Both the position numbers and the translations under genes were made by a program. Shown here one piece after another: positions 30,147-39,638 of a stretch of DNA of 64,000 nt. Each line of letters opens with the position of its first letter. Position 1 is the stretch's first letter. This stretch comes from a virus. Lineage: Duplodnaviria > Caudoviricetes. The stretch lies in IMG/VR virus record IMGVR_UViG_3300013901_000008, positions 32,001 through 96,000 of that record; one strand, written 5' to 3'. The notes beneath the pieces were generated by a model. It had not been told where the DNA came from, searched no databases, and worked only from the letters and a program-made list of their open reading frames with translations.

Positions 30147-30539
30147 ATGGCAGAATTTAAATCCATACTCCTTACGGAGCAGGCTTGGATGAACAGCCAT
30201 CTAAGCGTTGCCCGATACAGCGGAGGCGTAAGCATTCCAACCGAGGACGGACAGAAGACGTTCCTCATCGTGGATGAGTTGGGCAGAGACCTCACACAGG
30301 TCAGCATTCCGCCCGGTAAGCCAGCCGACTTGATAGACCAAGAGTTTATCCCTTATTACAAGACCTTGGGCAGAGATGTGTTCATCGGTATCGTAAAAGC
30401 CAATCCGCTTGTTTCCCGAAAAGAAATGAAGAAAATCCTAAAGGAGGCAGCAGACTGCAAGAAGTTGGGAGACAAGAAGAAGAAAGAGGCTGAGGAGGCA
30501 AAGATAAAAGCAATGTCGCCCACCCTCGATTTCGAGTAG
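30147..30539 (+). CDS. hypothetical protein
   Basis: 130-aa ORF. Confidence 0.7.
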   Translation: MAEFKSILLTEQAWMNSHLSVARYSGGVSIPTEDGQKTFLIVDELGRDLTQVSIPPGKPADLIDQEFIPYYKTLGRDVFIGIVKANPLVSRKEMKKILKEAADCKKLGDKKKKEAEEAKIKAMSPTLDFE

Positions 30540-30732
30540 TATATATTATATATAAGGAGTAAGAGCAAGACGATTCTTCATTCTTCGTTCTTCACTCTTC
30601 ACTTAAAAGGTAAATGACTTCGGAGTTTTGGCTTCCGTCAAGATTATCGCCGAACTACCTATCATCATTTGCCGATAAATAGATAAGAATCATTTTTATT
30701 AACAACAAAAATATTAAAGGATTTATTGAGAA

Positions 30733-31176
30733 ATGAGAACATTAACAGAGTTTCAGAACGAGGTGCTCACTCCCCTTCGTGAGGAGCGAGACAAGAAGAT
30801 GGCGGCAACCTACGCCAAGGAGCATGAGATTAAGAAGACGTACATGGATATAAAGAACCAGTACTCTCTCGAACAGATTGCTTTTGAGCGTCAGCAGAAG
30901 AAAGAACTTGATGATTTCACCGCCGAGCAGGAACGCAAGTTCCGTGAGTTTTGCATCAAGGCGAAAGCTGCAAAGGGAAAAGCCTACGATACTTGGCACC
31001 AGGGTTGCTGCGAGGTGAAGATTCAACGCCGTAGTATTCACGAGACCTATCAAAATCAGTTTGACCTCGCCATCTCCGAATATAATAAGGAGCGAGTGGC
31101 AGCAGGTACCCCCCCATTAATGTTCCATTACCCAGGACAAACACTGGAGGAAGTGAGTCAAGAAAGTAAGTCATGA
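30733..31176 (+). CDS. hypothetical coiled-coil protein
   Basis: 147-aa ORF with ATGA overlap to the next gene; in-frame C7 at 31109-31115. Confidence 0.7.
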   Translation: MRTLTEFQNEVLTPLREERDKKMAATYAKEHEIKKTYMDIKNQYSLEQIAFERQQKKELDDFTAEQERKFREFCIKAKAAKGKAYDTWHQGCCEVKIQRRSIHETYQNQFDLAISEYNKERVAAGTPPLMFHYPGQTLEEVSQESKS

Positions 31177-31886
31177 GTTTTAATGGAACGAAAACACCTC
31201 TCAAACCTACGGGTAAGGCGAAGTATCAGATACCTTTGCGAGAAACGCCCACCAGCCATGGTGCGAAGAAGTATTGCTTAGAGGGAGAGCTGAAGGAGAA
31301 GTTCATCAAGCTCTTCCCCAAAAACTCCAACCGCAGAATGATGAAATGGTTTGGTATCTCCTTTTCCACCCTTCGCCGATTGAAGACCGACTTGGGATTA
31401 GAGAAGGACATGAAAGCCATCAAGCACCAACAGGCGATGGACGTAAAGAAGGTTTGCGAGAAGAACGGATATTACGATTCCTTACGAGGCAAGCCCATGC
31501 CCGATGCTTGCCAGGAGGCTTGCAAACAGCTAAGGGCATCAGGATTCCACCCGATGAGAGTTATCAAGGAGCGACAGCCCCGAAGATACAAGAATATTCT
31601 CCGTAGGCGCAGCGAGGCAAGGAAGAAGTTGATGGCAGACGAGAAGCGCAGATTGCTTTATGGTTTGGACCAACATACCAAGCTTCACGTCACATTGAAA
31701 CCGATGAACTCCTCTGCATCCTCTTTCAAACATCTTATGAAGAGAAAGTACAATTACTTTTCCATTCGTGAGCATCCATGGTGGATATGTTACGATAAGC
31801 ATACTGACCGCCGACCTCGAAGCGAAGAGACTGCCAAGAAACATGGCTTCATTATCGTAGAGGGAGAGGATGATCCTGATGAGTAG
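31173..31886 (+). CDS. basic hypothetical protein with HTH-like segment
   Basis: NRRMMKWFGISFSTLRRLKTDLGL. Confidence 0.6.
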   Translation: MSFNGTKTPLKPTGKAKYQIPLRETPTSHGAKKYCLEGELKEKFIKLFPKNSNRRMMKWFGISFSTLRRLKTDLGLEKDMKAIKHQQAMDVKKVCEKNGYYDSLRGKPMPDACQEACKQLRASGFHPMRVIKERQPRRYKNILRRRSEARKKLMADEKRRLLYGLDQHTKLHVTLKPMNSSASSFKHLMKRKYNYFSIREHPWWICYDKHTDRRPRSEETAKKHGFIIVEGEDDPDE

Positions 31887-31912
31887 ATTATAACATAAAA
31901 GGTAAAGAAGAA

Positions 31913-33013
31913 ATGAACACAAAACAGCAAAACGTTCTTCGCTCATTGCTGAAGAAGTATCAATATAAGAATGTGAGCAACATGGTGCGCATGGCTCTCG
32001 GCATCAACTACGAGAATTTCTTGCAGAAGACAGAGCCGCTCTATGTGGTACCACGCATCGCTTCCTGCTATCCCGAAGGCGAAGACAGAAATTGTCTGAA
32101 TGGCAAGGTATATAAGGAGTGGCTGGATATGTTGGTGCGCAAGCGTTGGGTGAACCCTATCAATGAATACACCGACCAATATGGAGCGCATATCGTGCTG
32201 CAAGCTATCTACTATCTTATCGACAACAATCTTTGGGATGTTTATGAGGGCAGACTTGCCCTGGATGCCAAGGAGGATAATTACTACGATAAGTTGGGTG
32301 ATATGCCTTCCGCCATCGCCATGATGGAGGAAAATAACAAGAAAGAGGCAGAGGCAGTTCAAGAGGAAGAGAAGACGCAGCCATCATTGCCAAGCGAGGG
32401 AAATAGCAAAAACAACAACCAACGCCCTGAATGGTGGAACGCTCCAGATTATATTTTAAATGCAGACGAAGCGATGTCTTTGATGGGAGAGTCCGATGAA
32501 ATGTTCTTGCATCTTACGCAAAATATGAAGCGTCTGGCCAACTATATATATACTGCTGCCGAATCTGATGTTTTGCGTGAGAAAATATCCGACCAGCAGA
32601 GTGAGCTGGAAAACGAAAAAATGGTGCATCAAAAGCAAGTTTCCGTCTTGCAGGTACAGATTGATGACTATAAAGCCAAACTAGATGATGCCATCGCCAC
32701 GGCAAAGAAAGCGAGCGATTACATCGCCAATCTAAAGTTGAAACTTTCTGCCAAGGAGACCGAGGCTCAAAGGGAATATGATGAGCTGAATGCCAAGTAT
32801 AAGAAAGCCCTCGATGAGCGAGACGCAGCCGACCGAGACTTGGAGGCTTGCAAGAAGCTTCTTGACGAGGAAGCCAACAAGCAGCAGTTGCCTAAGAAGA
32901 AGGTGATACCTTTCAGCGTTCTTGATGCAGTTCCTCTGCTGGGCAAGGGAGTAATGACAGGCTTGGTTCCGGTACTCGCAAGATATAACATTGTGGTGGA
33001 CTATGACAAATAG
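31913..33013 (+). CDS. hypothetical protein with C-terminal coiled coil
   Basis: 366-aa ORF. Confidence 0.7.
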   Translation: MNTKQQNVLRSLLKKYQYKNVSNMVRMALGINYENFLQKTEPLYVVPRIASCYPEGEDRNCLNGKVYKEWLDMLVRKRWVNPINEYTDQYGAHIVLQAIYYLIDNNLWDVYEGRLALDAKEDNYYDKLGDMPSAIAMMEENNKKEAEAVQEEEKTQPSLPSEGNSKNNNQRPEWWNAPDYILNADEAMSLMGESDEMFLHLTQNMKRLANYIYTAAESDVLREKISDQQSELENEKMVHQKQVSVLQVQIDDYKAKLDDAIATAKKASDYIANLKLKLSAKETEAQREYDELNAKYKKALDERDAADRDLEACKKLLDEEANKQQLPKKKVIPFSVLDAVPLLGKGVMTGLVPVLARYNIVVDYDK

Positions 33014-33027
33014 GGAGGCAAGAGCGT

Positions 33028-33870
33028 ATGGAGAATCATATACCAGGCGAAATCATGCGCAAGGTTAAACAAGACCTGATACACGAGGTATTGGCTATCC
33101 CGAACAGAATGACGCCGAGCAATGAGCCTATCAAACTAGAACCCACCTTTCGAGGCAGTGAATACTACGACTCTAGTATGTATCTGAAGTTTAACAACGC
33201 CATCGAGCGAATGGCGCAGCCGAGGGAGGTAGAGCAGGTAGAGATAGACGTGGAGTCTGTTTGTCGAAACGAATGGGGCAGTGTCTATGCTGTGGCGGCG
33301 CATTACCCAAGCGGATTGGTAGATACGGATATGCTCACGAAGATGAGGGGCACCGACAAGATGTCGAAGGGCAGAGGTTACGGATGGTCTTCTTACCAGA
33401 CTAAGTTTCGTTTTCACCCTCTTTTTGTTAGTGCTTACATCGCTTCAATATATGGCTTTCAGAAGGTAAGTGATTTGCAAATAGCCAAGGAGTTGATGGT
33501 CGGTTTTACAGCTTTAGGTAAGTCTGTATTTTATGGCAACTATTGTCTTTCAATCTGTGCTGGCGGCATCGAAATCATAAGGTGCATCGAGATTAGCAAG
33601 GGGGAGGGAATGACAGTAGAGGGCAATGTTTATCCAAGACCAACGGAAGCCATTGACTTTATTCCTTATGAGGAGATTGATAGTGCAAGCATCAAGAATC
33701 TGTATAGCCACGTCTTGCATAGATATGTGGAAGGCGAGGATTATAATGTAGATGATGTGGTAAATGATGATCTCGCCAAGGAAATCTTTGAGTTGAGTCT
33801 TTCGAGGCTCAAGAAGAAAGTGGGCGACAAGGGTATGGATCTTTTAACCAAGATGGATGAAAGAGGATAG
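33028..33870 (+). CDS. hypothetical protein
   Basis: 280-aa ORF. Confidence 0.65.
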   Translation: MENHIPGEIMRKVKQDLIHEVLAIPNRMTPSNEPIKLEPTFRGSEYYDSSMYLKFNNAIERMAQPREVEQVEIDVESVCRNEWGSVYAVAAHYPSGLVDTDMLTKMRGTDKMSKGRGYGWSSYQTKFRFHPLFVSAYIASIYGFQKVSDLQIAKELMVGFTALGKSVFYGNYCLSICAGGIEIIRCIEISKGEGMTVEGNVYPRPTEAIDFIPYEEIDSASIKNLYSHVLHRYVEGEDYNVDDVVNDDLAKEIFELSLSRLKKKVGDKGMDLLTKMDERG

Positions 33871-34045
33871 TTGGAAGATAAGGGTGAATATCGACGGTGA
33901 TACACTTCACCTGAAGGCATCGCTCAATGGCAAGCAGATAGATGTAACCAACAAGACTTCGGCTTGCAATATAGCGGGGTTGTCGTCGAAAGTATCTGCC
34001 AAGATAGTAGCACACTTTAATCAAGTGGAAATTAATAAAGAATAG
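33857..34045 (+). CDS. hypothetical protein
   Basis: 62-aa ORF overlapping the upstream stop. Confidence 0.5.
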   Translation: MKEDSWKIRVNIDGDTLHLKASLNGKQIDVTNKTSACNIAGLSSKVSAKIVAHFNQVEINKE

Positions 34046-34066
34046 AGGTTAATAAAGAAAAAGAAA

Positions 34067-34813
34067 ATGGGAAAGGGAAATAACATCGGATATATCCGAA
34101 GAAGTGAGGATACGGAGGATTTCCAGTTTGGCGAATTGAGTAATGGCGATATGGTGTATGGCTATATGCTTGGCGATGATGGCAAGCCAAAGGACAAGGA
34201 GGTTTGCATTGTGAGTGATACGTCCAAACTCTTCGCTGGTGTATATACGGCTCGCTACCGTCTGAAGATATGGACGGGCATAGCTACACAAGAGGACATG
34301 GCGAACAGTCATAATCGAATGCCTATCCGTGAACTCACCATTGTTCCTATCAGTGAGGATTGGTTCGCCGAGAACTCTGCGATATTCCGCGAGATAAAAG
34401 GAAGTGAGGATATTAAGCCAAGAGACAGCGATATGCGTGTGGCATTCTGCTATGAGTTTAAGGCTCGTCGATGGCAAGCCACTTATTACGCCGTAGGCTT
34501 CGAGTTGAGTTTTACCGACCTTACCTTGTACGACAAGCTGCAGCAGGAGGGCTTGCAGTTTACGGCTTGCGAGGCGCAATCGAGAGGCAAAGCCACCATC
34601 GTTCAGATTGTGAAGCCAGTAAAACGTGCGGCAAGCAATAGCAAGGTGCATGATACCTTTACTGCGGCAGCCGTGGCGCAATTCATCGCCGTGCATGAGT
34701 TACAGCATTTCCTCAGACTCTGCGGTATCTTTGATACATTTAATGTGCCTAAAGAGCTGTTGAGCGACGAGAAATTATCGCATAAGGTAGTAGATGGAAA
34801 GGTTGTGGAATGA
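34067..34813 (+). CDS. hypothetical protein
   Basis: 248-aa ORF; C-terminal AVHELQHFLRLCGI motif common in Bacteroidales phage accessory proteins. Confidence 0.65.
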   Translation: MGKGNNIGYIRRSEDTEDFQFGELSNGDMVYGYMLGDDGKPKDKEVCIVSDTSKLFAGVYTARYRLKIWTGIATQEDMANSHNRMPIRELTIVPISEDWFAENSAIFREIKGSEDIKPRDSDMRVAFCYEFKARRWQATYYAVGFELSFTDLTLYDKLQQEGLQFTACEAQSRGKATIVQIVKPVKRAASNSKVHDTFTAAAVAQFIAVHELQHFLRLCGIFDTFNVPKELLSDEKLSHKVVDGKVVE

Positions 34814-34848
34814 CGTAAGTAAACAATAAAAACAAAAAGCAAAAAGAA

Positions 34849-35652
34849 ATGAAGACATTTTTCAAAGAGCTGGGCATATCATTAGTGCCCGTTATTCTCG
34901 CACTATTGGCAGCAATCGCCATGCGGTTGATAATGGATTCTGCATTCAGAGTCTTGCATCCGTCAATATTCTCTAATGAAGTGTATGAGTGCTGCGTATC
35001 GGCTATGTGGTATGTAGTATTGAGTAGCATCGTCGTATGCTGGGTATTTATCCCTTTGATGGCTTGGCGCAAGCGAAAGATTATTGCCTGGCGTTTGGCT
35101 GACCTCGAAAAGGAAGACGGCGGCAACCATTCATCTGGGGATGAAAAGGATAATAACGGTTCATCGGACACCACAGACAAGGAAACGGTAAACGTTCAGA
35201 TTTGCCCAATGAGACAAAAGTGGTACCGTACTATTCGCTTTATCTTTTGCGCCAATATTAAGGATATGACGTTCGGTAGCGTGCAGATGGATATACCTAC
35301 GGAAGATGAAAAAGAGTTTGAGCCGTTTTGGAGAGATTGCGATGCTTTCATCTATGCCCTGTGTGTAGATAATGTAGCAAGAAAACATGGTGTCGGCGGC
35401 TCGCTATTGTTCGCCGTAGAGAACCAGGCTAAAATAGAGGGTTGCAAGACGGTAGCCCTGCGTTGGGATGATAGGGAGAGTGAGCCTTGGGTGTTAGATT
35501 GGTATAAGCGCAAGGGATATAAGGAAACAAAGATAGAAGGCGACGGACACAGCCATTTCCTTGTAAAGCAACTCGGCAAGAGCGAGACTGGCGGACCATC
35601 GAATGATGATGAGGAGCCATCTGGTAGCGATAACAATGCAGCCGATGAGTAG
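34849..35652 (+). CDS. membrane-anchored GNAT acetyltransferase
   Basis: Two N-terminal TM helices; FIYALCVDNVARKHGVGGSLL and WYKRKGY GNAT motifs. Confidence 0.75.
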   Translation: MKTFFKELGISLVPVILALLAAIAMRLIMDSAFRVLHPSIFSNEVYECCVSAMWYVVLSSIVVCWVFIPLMAWRKRKIIAWRLADLEKEDGGNHSSGDEKDNNGSSDTTDKETVNVQICPMRQKWYRTIRFIFCANIKDMTFGSVQMDIPTEDEKEFEPFWRDCDAFIYALCVDNVARKHGVGGSLLFAVENQAKIEGCKTVALRWDDRESEPWVLDWYKRKGYKETKIEGDGHSHFLVKQLGKSETGGPSNDDEEPSGSDNNAADE

Positions 35653-35824
35653 TAAGGTTAGTAACAGCAGTATTCGTACCATCGTGGTGGGCAGCTTAGA
35701 CATCCCTCCCTTTGATAAGCGGTTCGACATCGCCCGTCGGGTATATTCGCCCGACGGCATCGCTCCCGCTTGTCATACATGTGGGGGGGGTGGCTTGCAG
35801 CCTAAGATATTGATTGAGTTATGA
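35645..35824 (+). CDS. stand-alone C5-methyltransferase TRD-like module (59 aa), with in-frame G8
   Basis: RRVYSPDGIAPACHTCGGGGLQPKILIE; G8 at 35783-35790. Confidence 0.6.
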   Translation: MSSKVSNSSIRTIVVGSLDIPPFDKRFDIARRVYSPDGIAPACHTCGGGGLQPKILIEL

Positions 35825-35952
35825 GAGCAATCGGCATCTTTCAATATCCGAGAGGTTTTAATAAGGGCTTGTTTCTAAAGACGAGACTTAGCCCTACGAT
35901 AACCATCCACGCTTGGCAAGAGAATACTTATCTCTTCGAGAGGTATGAGTAA
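35821..35952 (+). CDS. stand-alone C5-methyltransferase TRD-like module (43 aa), absent from the ORF track
   Basis: MRAIGIFQYPRGFNKGLFLKTRLSPTITIHAWQENTYLFERYE; ATGA-coupled to the upstream module. Confidence 0.55.
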   Translation: MRAIGIFQYPRGFNKGLFLKTRLSPTITIHAWQENTYLFERYE

Positions 35953-35994
35953 TGGTTTTTGAGTAATAATAAAACAACAAGAATTTATAGTATT

Positions 35995-36366
35995 ATGGAA
36001 CATAAGGAAAAAGATAACCAGAACGAGCAGAACACTCGTGAGGAGCACAATGATGTTCTTGGTAACAAGAGCGAGTTGGGTAGTCTAACACAAAAAGAAA
36101 AGGATAGTTTGGCGTATTACCACAAGTCGAAAGCTCTTACCGACACCATCGTTGATATGTATAATGATGATGCGGAATTGACTCCCGCTTGCGTACTCAT
36201 GGCTTTCGGCTTCTTCATTGCTTGCCTCGAAAGAGGCTGTGCAAAGGAGCACCGAGGCGAGGTTTTTCCCAGGGCTTTGTCTGTTATAGGCAAGGGCTAT
36301 ACACTCGACAATACCTTGCAGCGAGAGGTGGAAAAATCGGAAGATGAGAATAAAAAAGAACAGTGA
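35995..36366 (+). CDS. hypothetical protein
   Basis: ATG at 35995 after an AT-rich leader. Confidence 0.6.
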   Translation: MEHKEKDNQNEQNTREEHNDVLGNKSELGSLTQKEKDSLAYYHKSKALTDTIVDMYNDDAELTPACVLMAFGFFIACLERGCAKEHRGEVFPRALSVIGKGYTLDNTLQREVEKSEDENKKEQ

Positions 36367-36367
36367 T

Positions 36368-37063
36368 ATGGAGTTACAAAAAGCAATATTAGCGTATAGC
36401 GGCAACGAGAGTTTCAAGGAGAACTCTCGTGTGGGTAAGGAAACTGCGGCAAGCCCCACCCTGTCTGAACTGATGGATAGGGACGATGTTTCTGGCTCCA
36501 ATTTCGCAGGGCTTGGCACCGATGTTTGGATTATACCAAGAAAAAAGATGGCGGCATCTTTTACCAAAGGCATCGGACTATATAAGGGAGATGGCGACGA
36601 GAATGAAAATCATATAGACTTCGATGAGTTATGTAAGAATGGCACACACCTGACTATATCGGATAATTCTAATGATGATGAATCAGGTATAGGTTGTACC
36701 AAGCCATTGCCGCTTGACAATCCTTTCGTGCATAGTATTCCTATCACTGTGGATTTTGATTTGAGTGATCACCTTCGCTCGGCTTGCAAGTTGGCGAAAT
36801 GCATTCTTCCTTATGGTAGTAATATCCCACTCATCGAACGATATGAGTATGCTCTTGGTAAGGATATATCGTCATTAGGAATGAAGAAACCTTGGAGATA
36901 TTATCATATCCCAAGTCTCGAAATTCTCTCTGCAACCCATCAGAACGACATGTTAGGTCTATTGTTCGTGGTAAATGGCAAAGCGATCGGAAGCATGACG
37001 TGTGACGAATATCTTAGCCATCTTACTTGCGAAAAATGGGAAAGTGTTTTCGGAAAAAGATAG
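36368..37063 (+). CDS. hypothetical protein containing a segment similar to the major tail protein N-terminus
   Basis: SPTLSELMDRDDVSGSNFAGLGTDVWI...SFTKGIGLYKGDGD resembles ORF 28898. Confidence 0.6.
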   Translation: MELQKAILAYSGNESFKENSRVGKETAASPTLSELMDRDDVSGSNFAGLGTDVWIIPRKKMAASFTKGIGLYKGDGDENENHIDFDELCKNGTHLTISDNSNDDESGIGCTKPLPLDNPFVHSIPITVDFDLSDHLRSACKLAKCILPYGSNIPLIERYEYALGKDISSLGMKKPWRYYHIPSLEILSATHQNDMLGLLFVVNGKAIGSMTCDEYLSHLTCEKWESVFGKR

Positions 37064-37194
37064 CGCATTTAGTCATACGTTTTATGTCGCATTTTTTTTG
37101 AAGGAGTATATTTATCAAGTTTAAAGATTATAGATTATGGGTGAAATTATCTGTAGTCCGGAACTTTTTAGTGAACGAATAAATTGATTGAATT

Positions 37195-37488
37195 ATGGCA
37201 TGTAATTGTATATTAAATATCGAGAAGCTCATCAAGGAGCGAACTAACGAAACCGGTTGCGTAGATTCTGGTATCACCTGCCCAGATGGAAATCTTCGCA
37301 TGAATGTTTATGGCTTGTATCATAAACAAAAGAAAGATGGCACCTACCAAGATAAGTGGCAGCAAGTAAACCTGATGGCAGAATATTGCCCTTTCTGTGG
37401 CAAGAAGTATGTAGAGGATGAGGTTCTTATTCCTATTGGAGGTGGCAGTCTTAATGATGCAATCGAGAAAATGAGAAAAAATAAGTAG
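37195..37488 (+). CDS. Zn-finger hypothetical protein
   Basis: N-terminal CNC and YCPFCGKKY. Confidence 0.7.
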   Translation: MACNCILNIEKLIKERTNETGCVDSGITCPDGNLRMNVYGLYHKQKKDGTYQDKWQQVNLMAEYCPFCGKKYVEDEVLIPIGGGSLNDAIEKMRKNK

Positions 37489-37492
37489 TGAT

Positions 37493-37876
37493 ATGGAAGT
37501 AAGTACGAAAACAAAGATATACGACGCGAGTAAGCAAGATCGAGGCTTCGACTATCAGTTTTACCTCGCCACCCTTCGCACGGCTGATGCAGCCGAGCTG
37601 CCCATGGTGAAGCGAGACGACCTGGCGAGGGCTATGGCAATCGTCTATGCCGACCAGGGAGGCAACGAGCAAATCACATCCAGCTACAAGCTGATGGCAG
37701 AGATGCAGTTTGCCCAGGAGAAATATCATATCCAGGGAGGTGAGAAGCCCGATACCAAGTTTATCACCCTCGTAAAAAGATATATCCGAGAAATCGAAAT
37801 ATACCAAGAGCAACTCGACGGCTTCCCAGATTGGGCACATCTTTTAATGAAGGAGCGATATGGCATTATGATATGA
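37493..37876 (+). CDS. hypothetical protein
   Basis: 127-aa ORF. Confidence 0.65.
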   Translation: MEVSTKTKIYDASKQDRGFDYQFYLATLRTADAAELPMVKRDDLARAMAIVYADQGGNEQITSSYKLMAEMQFAQEKYHIQGGEKPDTKFITLVKRYIREIEIYQEQLDGFPDWAHLLMKERYGIMI

Positions 37877-38018
37877 GGATATAAACTATGATGTTTTATC
37901 GAAAATTTATCCTATCATTAGCATTTTTAATACAAGCGCAAATGTTTTACGAAATATTTTATTTACTTTTGCAGTCATATAAATTTGATTTATCATTTAG
38001 ACTAAAAAGTAAGAGAGT

Positions 38019-38924
38019 ATGGAACTAAGACATTTGCGCTCGTTTGTTTATGTGGCAGATACGCTTTCGTTTAGCGTAGCTGCATCCTATTGTTGTGTCA
38101 CCCAATCGGCAGTTAGCCAACATATCAAGGCTTTGGAAGATGAGTTAGGTTGCAAATTATTGATACGTACCTCGCATGACATCATGCTAACCGAAAGCGG
38201 AGAGGCTTTGCTACCTCGCGCCAAGGAGATACTGAAGCAGACGGAAGACTGCAAGGAACATATTCATGCCATCAACAACTGCATCACAGGCGAATTGCGT
38301 ATTGGGGTTGGTTCTTTTATCGCTCCTTATATACGTGTAGCTGCACTTACTTTCATGGAGCGATACCCTAACGTCCTTATCAATGCGGATTTCAATAAGG
38401 CACATATTCTGAACCGTTCGCTTCGATCACATAACATCGACCTTGCGTTCACGATGAATACTGCCTACAAGCATGAGGGCATTGAGTCTAAGCCATGCAT
38501 CCCTTTTCATATCTATACTATCATGCGTAATACTCATCCTTTGGCCAACAAGGATAAATTAGCATACGAAGACCTTTTGAAACATCCTGTTGTCATGCCA
38601 GATGTCGGAGAGCGAGAGTTTGAGACTTGCCAACGCTATATCCAGCGAGACCTCACCAAACTAAATGCAAGATGTATCGTAAGTGACCCTGATGAAGCCC
38701 TTGCAGCCGTAGAGGAAACGCATTGGATAACCTTTGCGCCTAAGCTATATCTAAAGAACCACCCTACCCTCGTAGCTCGACCTATCATAAGCCTTGAGCA
38801 AGGTTTTGTGAGTAACGTACATTATATGCAAGATGTTCCGATGAAACGTTCTGCGCAACTTTTCCTTGACATTATCAAGGAAGAAGCAATACCTTATATC
38901 GCCGCTTTGGAAGAGACGATGTAA
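38019..38924 (+). CDS. LysR-family transcriptional regulator
   Basis: MELRHLRSF...SFSVAA...VTQSAVSQHIKALEDELG HTH, followed by a GELRIG substrate-binding domain. Confidence 0.95.
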   Translation: MELRHLRSFVYVADTLSFSVAASYCCVTQSAVSQHIKALEDELGCKLLIRTSHDIMLTESGEALLPRAKEILKQTEDCKEHIHAINNCITGELRIGVGSFIAPYIRVAALTFMERYPNVLINADFNKAHILNRSLRSHNIDLAFTMNTAYKHEGIESKPCIPFHIYTIMRNTHPLANKDKLAYEDLLKHPVVMPDVGEREFETCQRYIQRDLTKLNARCIVSDPDEALAAVEETHWITFAPKLYLKNHPTLVARPIISLEQGFVSNVHYMQDVPMKRSAQLFLDIIKEEAIPYIAALEETM

Positions 38925-39066
38925 GATGAGTTATCAATTTTGATAATTATATAAGATGAGTTATCAAAAATTATAATCATAAGATAAGCGTTTCTTCCTT
39001 ATAATTTTGTTGCAACGACATTTAATGGAAACCACATTTCTGTTTACCTGTTTCGCTTTACCTTTG
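38922..39066 (+). promoter_or_regulatory. putative LysR operator repeats plus promoter of the Cys-rich operon
   Basis: TAAGATGAGTTATCAA at 38922 and 38952; TACCTTTG at 39059-39066; a related box at 37887 upstream of lysR. Confidence 0.6.
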
Positions 39067-39107
39067 CATACGATTCCGATATTGGAAGAATTTAATACAA
39101 TGAAGTT

Positions 39108-39626
39108 ATGCAGGTAAAAACGAATGATGGTAACTACGATGTTGCCAGCAAGGGATTGGGCAACACAGCCCTTGGCCTCGGTATCGCTGGTTTGGCTACT
39201 AGTTTGCTGGGCGGCGGTGCCTCGCTTTTTAATCTTGGGCGAGGAAACAATGGTATGACTGCCAACCCTACCGACCCTGATGCTCGTTTCGTCACTAAGA
39301 GCGAGACGAACCTTATTCAGGAAAACTCTACTCTCAAGACAGAGCTTGCTATCCAGAAGAGCGAGAACTACACCGATAAGAAATTGGTGGAGGTTACTCA
39401 GTATTTGGATGGCAAGGTACGTCAGCTTGAGAACAAAGTGGATGCCAACAAGGATGCACAGCAAGCCGTAAATGCACAGCAGATGGCATACAATGCCGCT
39501 GCCAATGCCAACATCGACGTGCTTAAATCGCAGGTGGCAGCACTCACCAGTGTTACCAAGTTGATGATTCCGTCGGGCAATGTTTGCCAGACGGGTTGCG
39601 GATGTGGATGTGCTTGTAATCAGTAA
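39108..39626 (+). CDS. Gly-zipper/coiled-coil protein with Cys-rich tail
   Basis: GLGNTALGLGIAGLATSLLGGG; ends CQTGCGCGCACNQ. Confidence 0.75.
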   Translation: MQVKTNDGNYDVASKGLGNTALGLGIAGLATSLLGGGASLFNLGRGNNGMTANPTDPDARFVTKSETNLIQENSTLKTELAIQKSENYTDKKLVEVTQYLDGKVRQLENKVDANKDAQQAVNAQQMAYNAAANANIDVLKSQVAALTSVTKLMIPSGNVCQTGCGCGCACNQ

Positions 39627-39638
39627 AGCTTAGGCGAT

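Noticed and set aside
30600-30700. Riboswitch-like leader (GGTAAATGA/TCATTTGCC stem)
   Set aside because: Some pairing is present, but there is no recognisable aptamer consensus or expression platform; too weak to call.
38019-38924. Calling the LysR protein OxyR
   Set aside because: It lacks the GHCxR redox-cysteine motif; left as a generic LysR.
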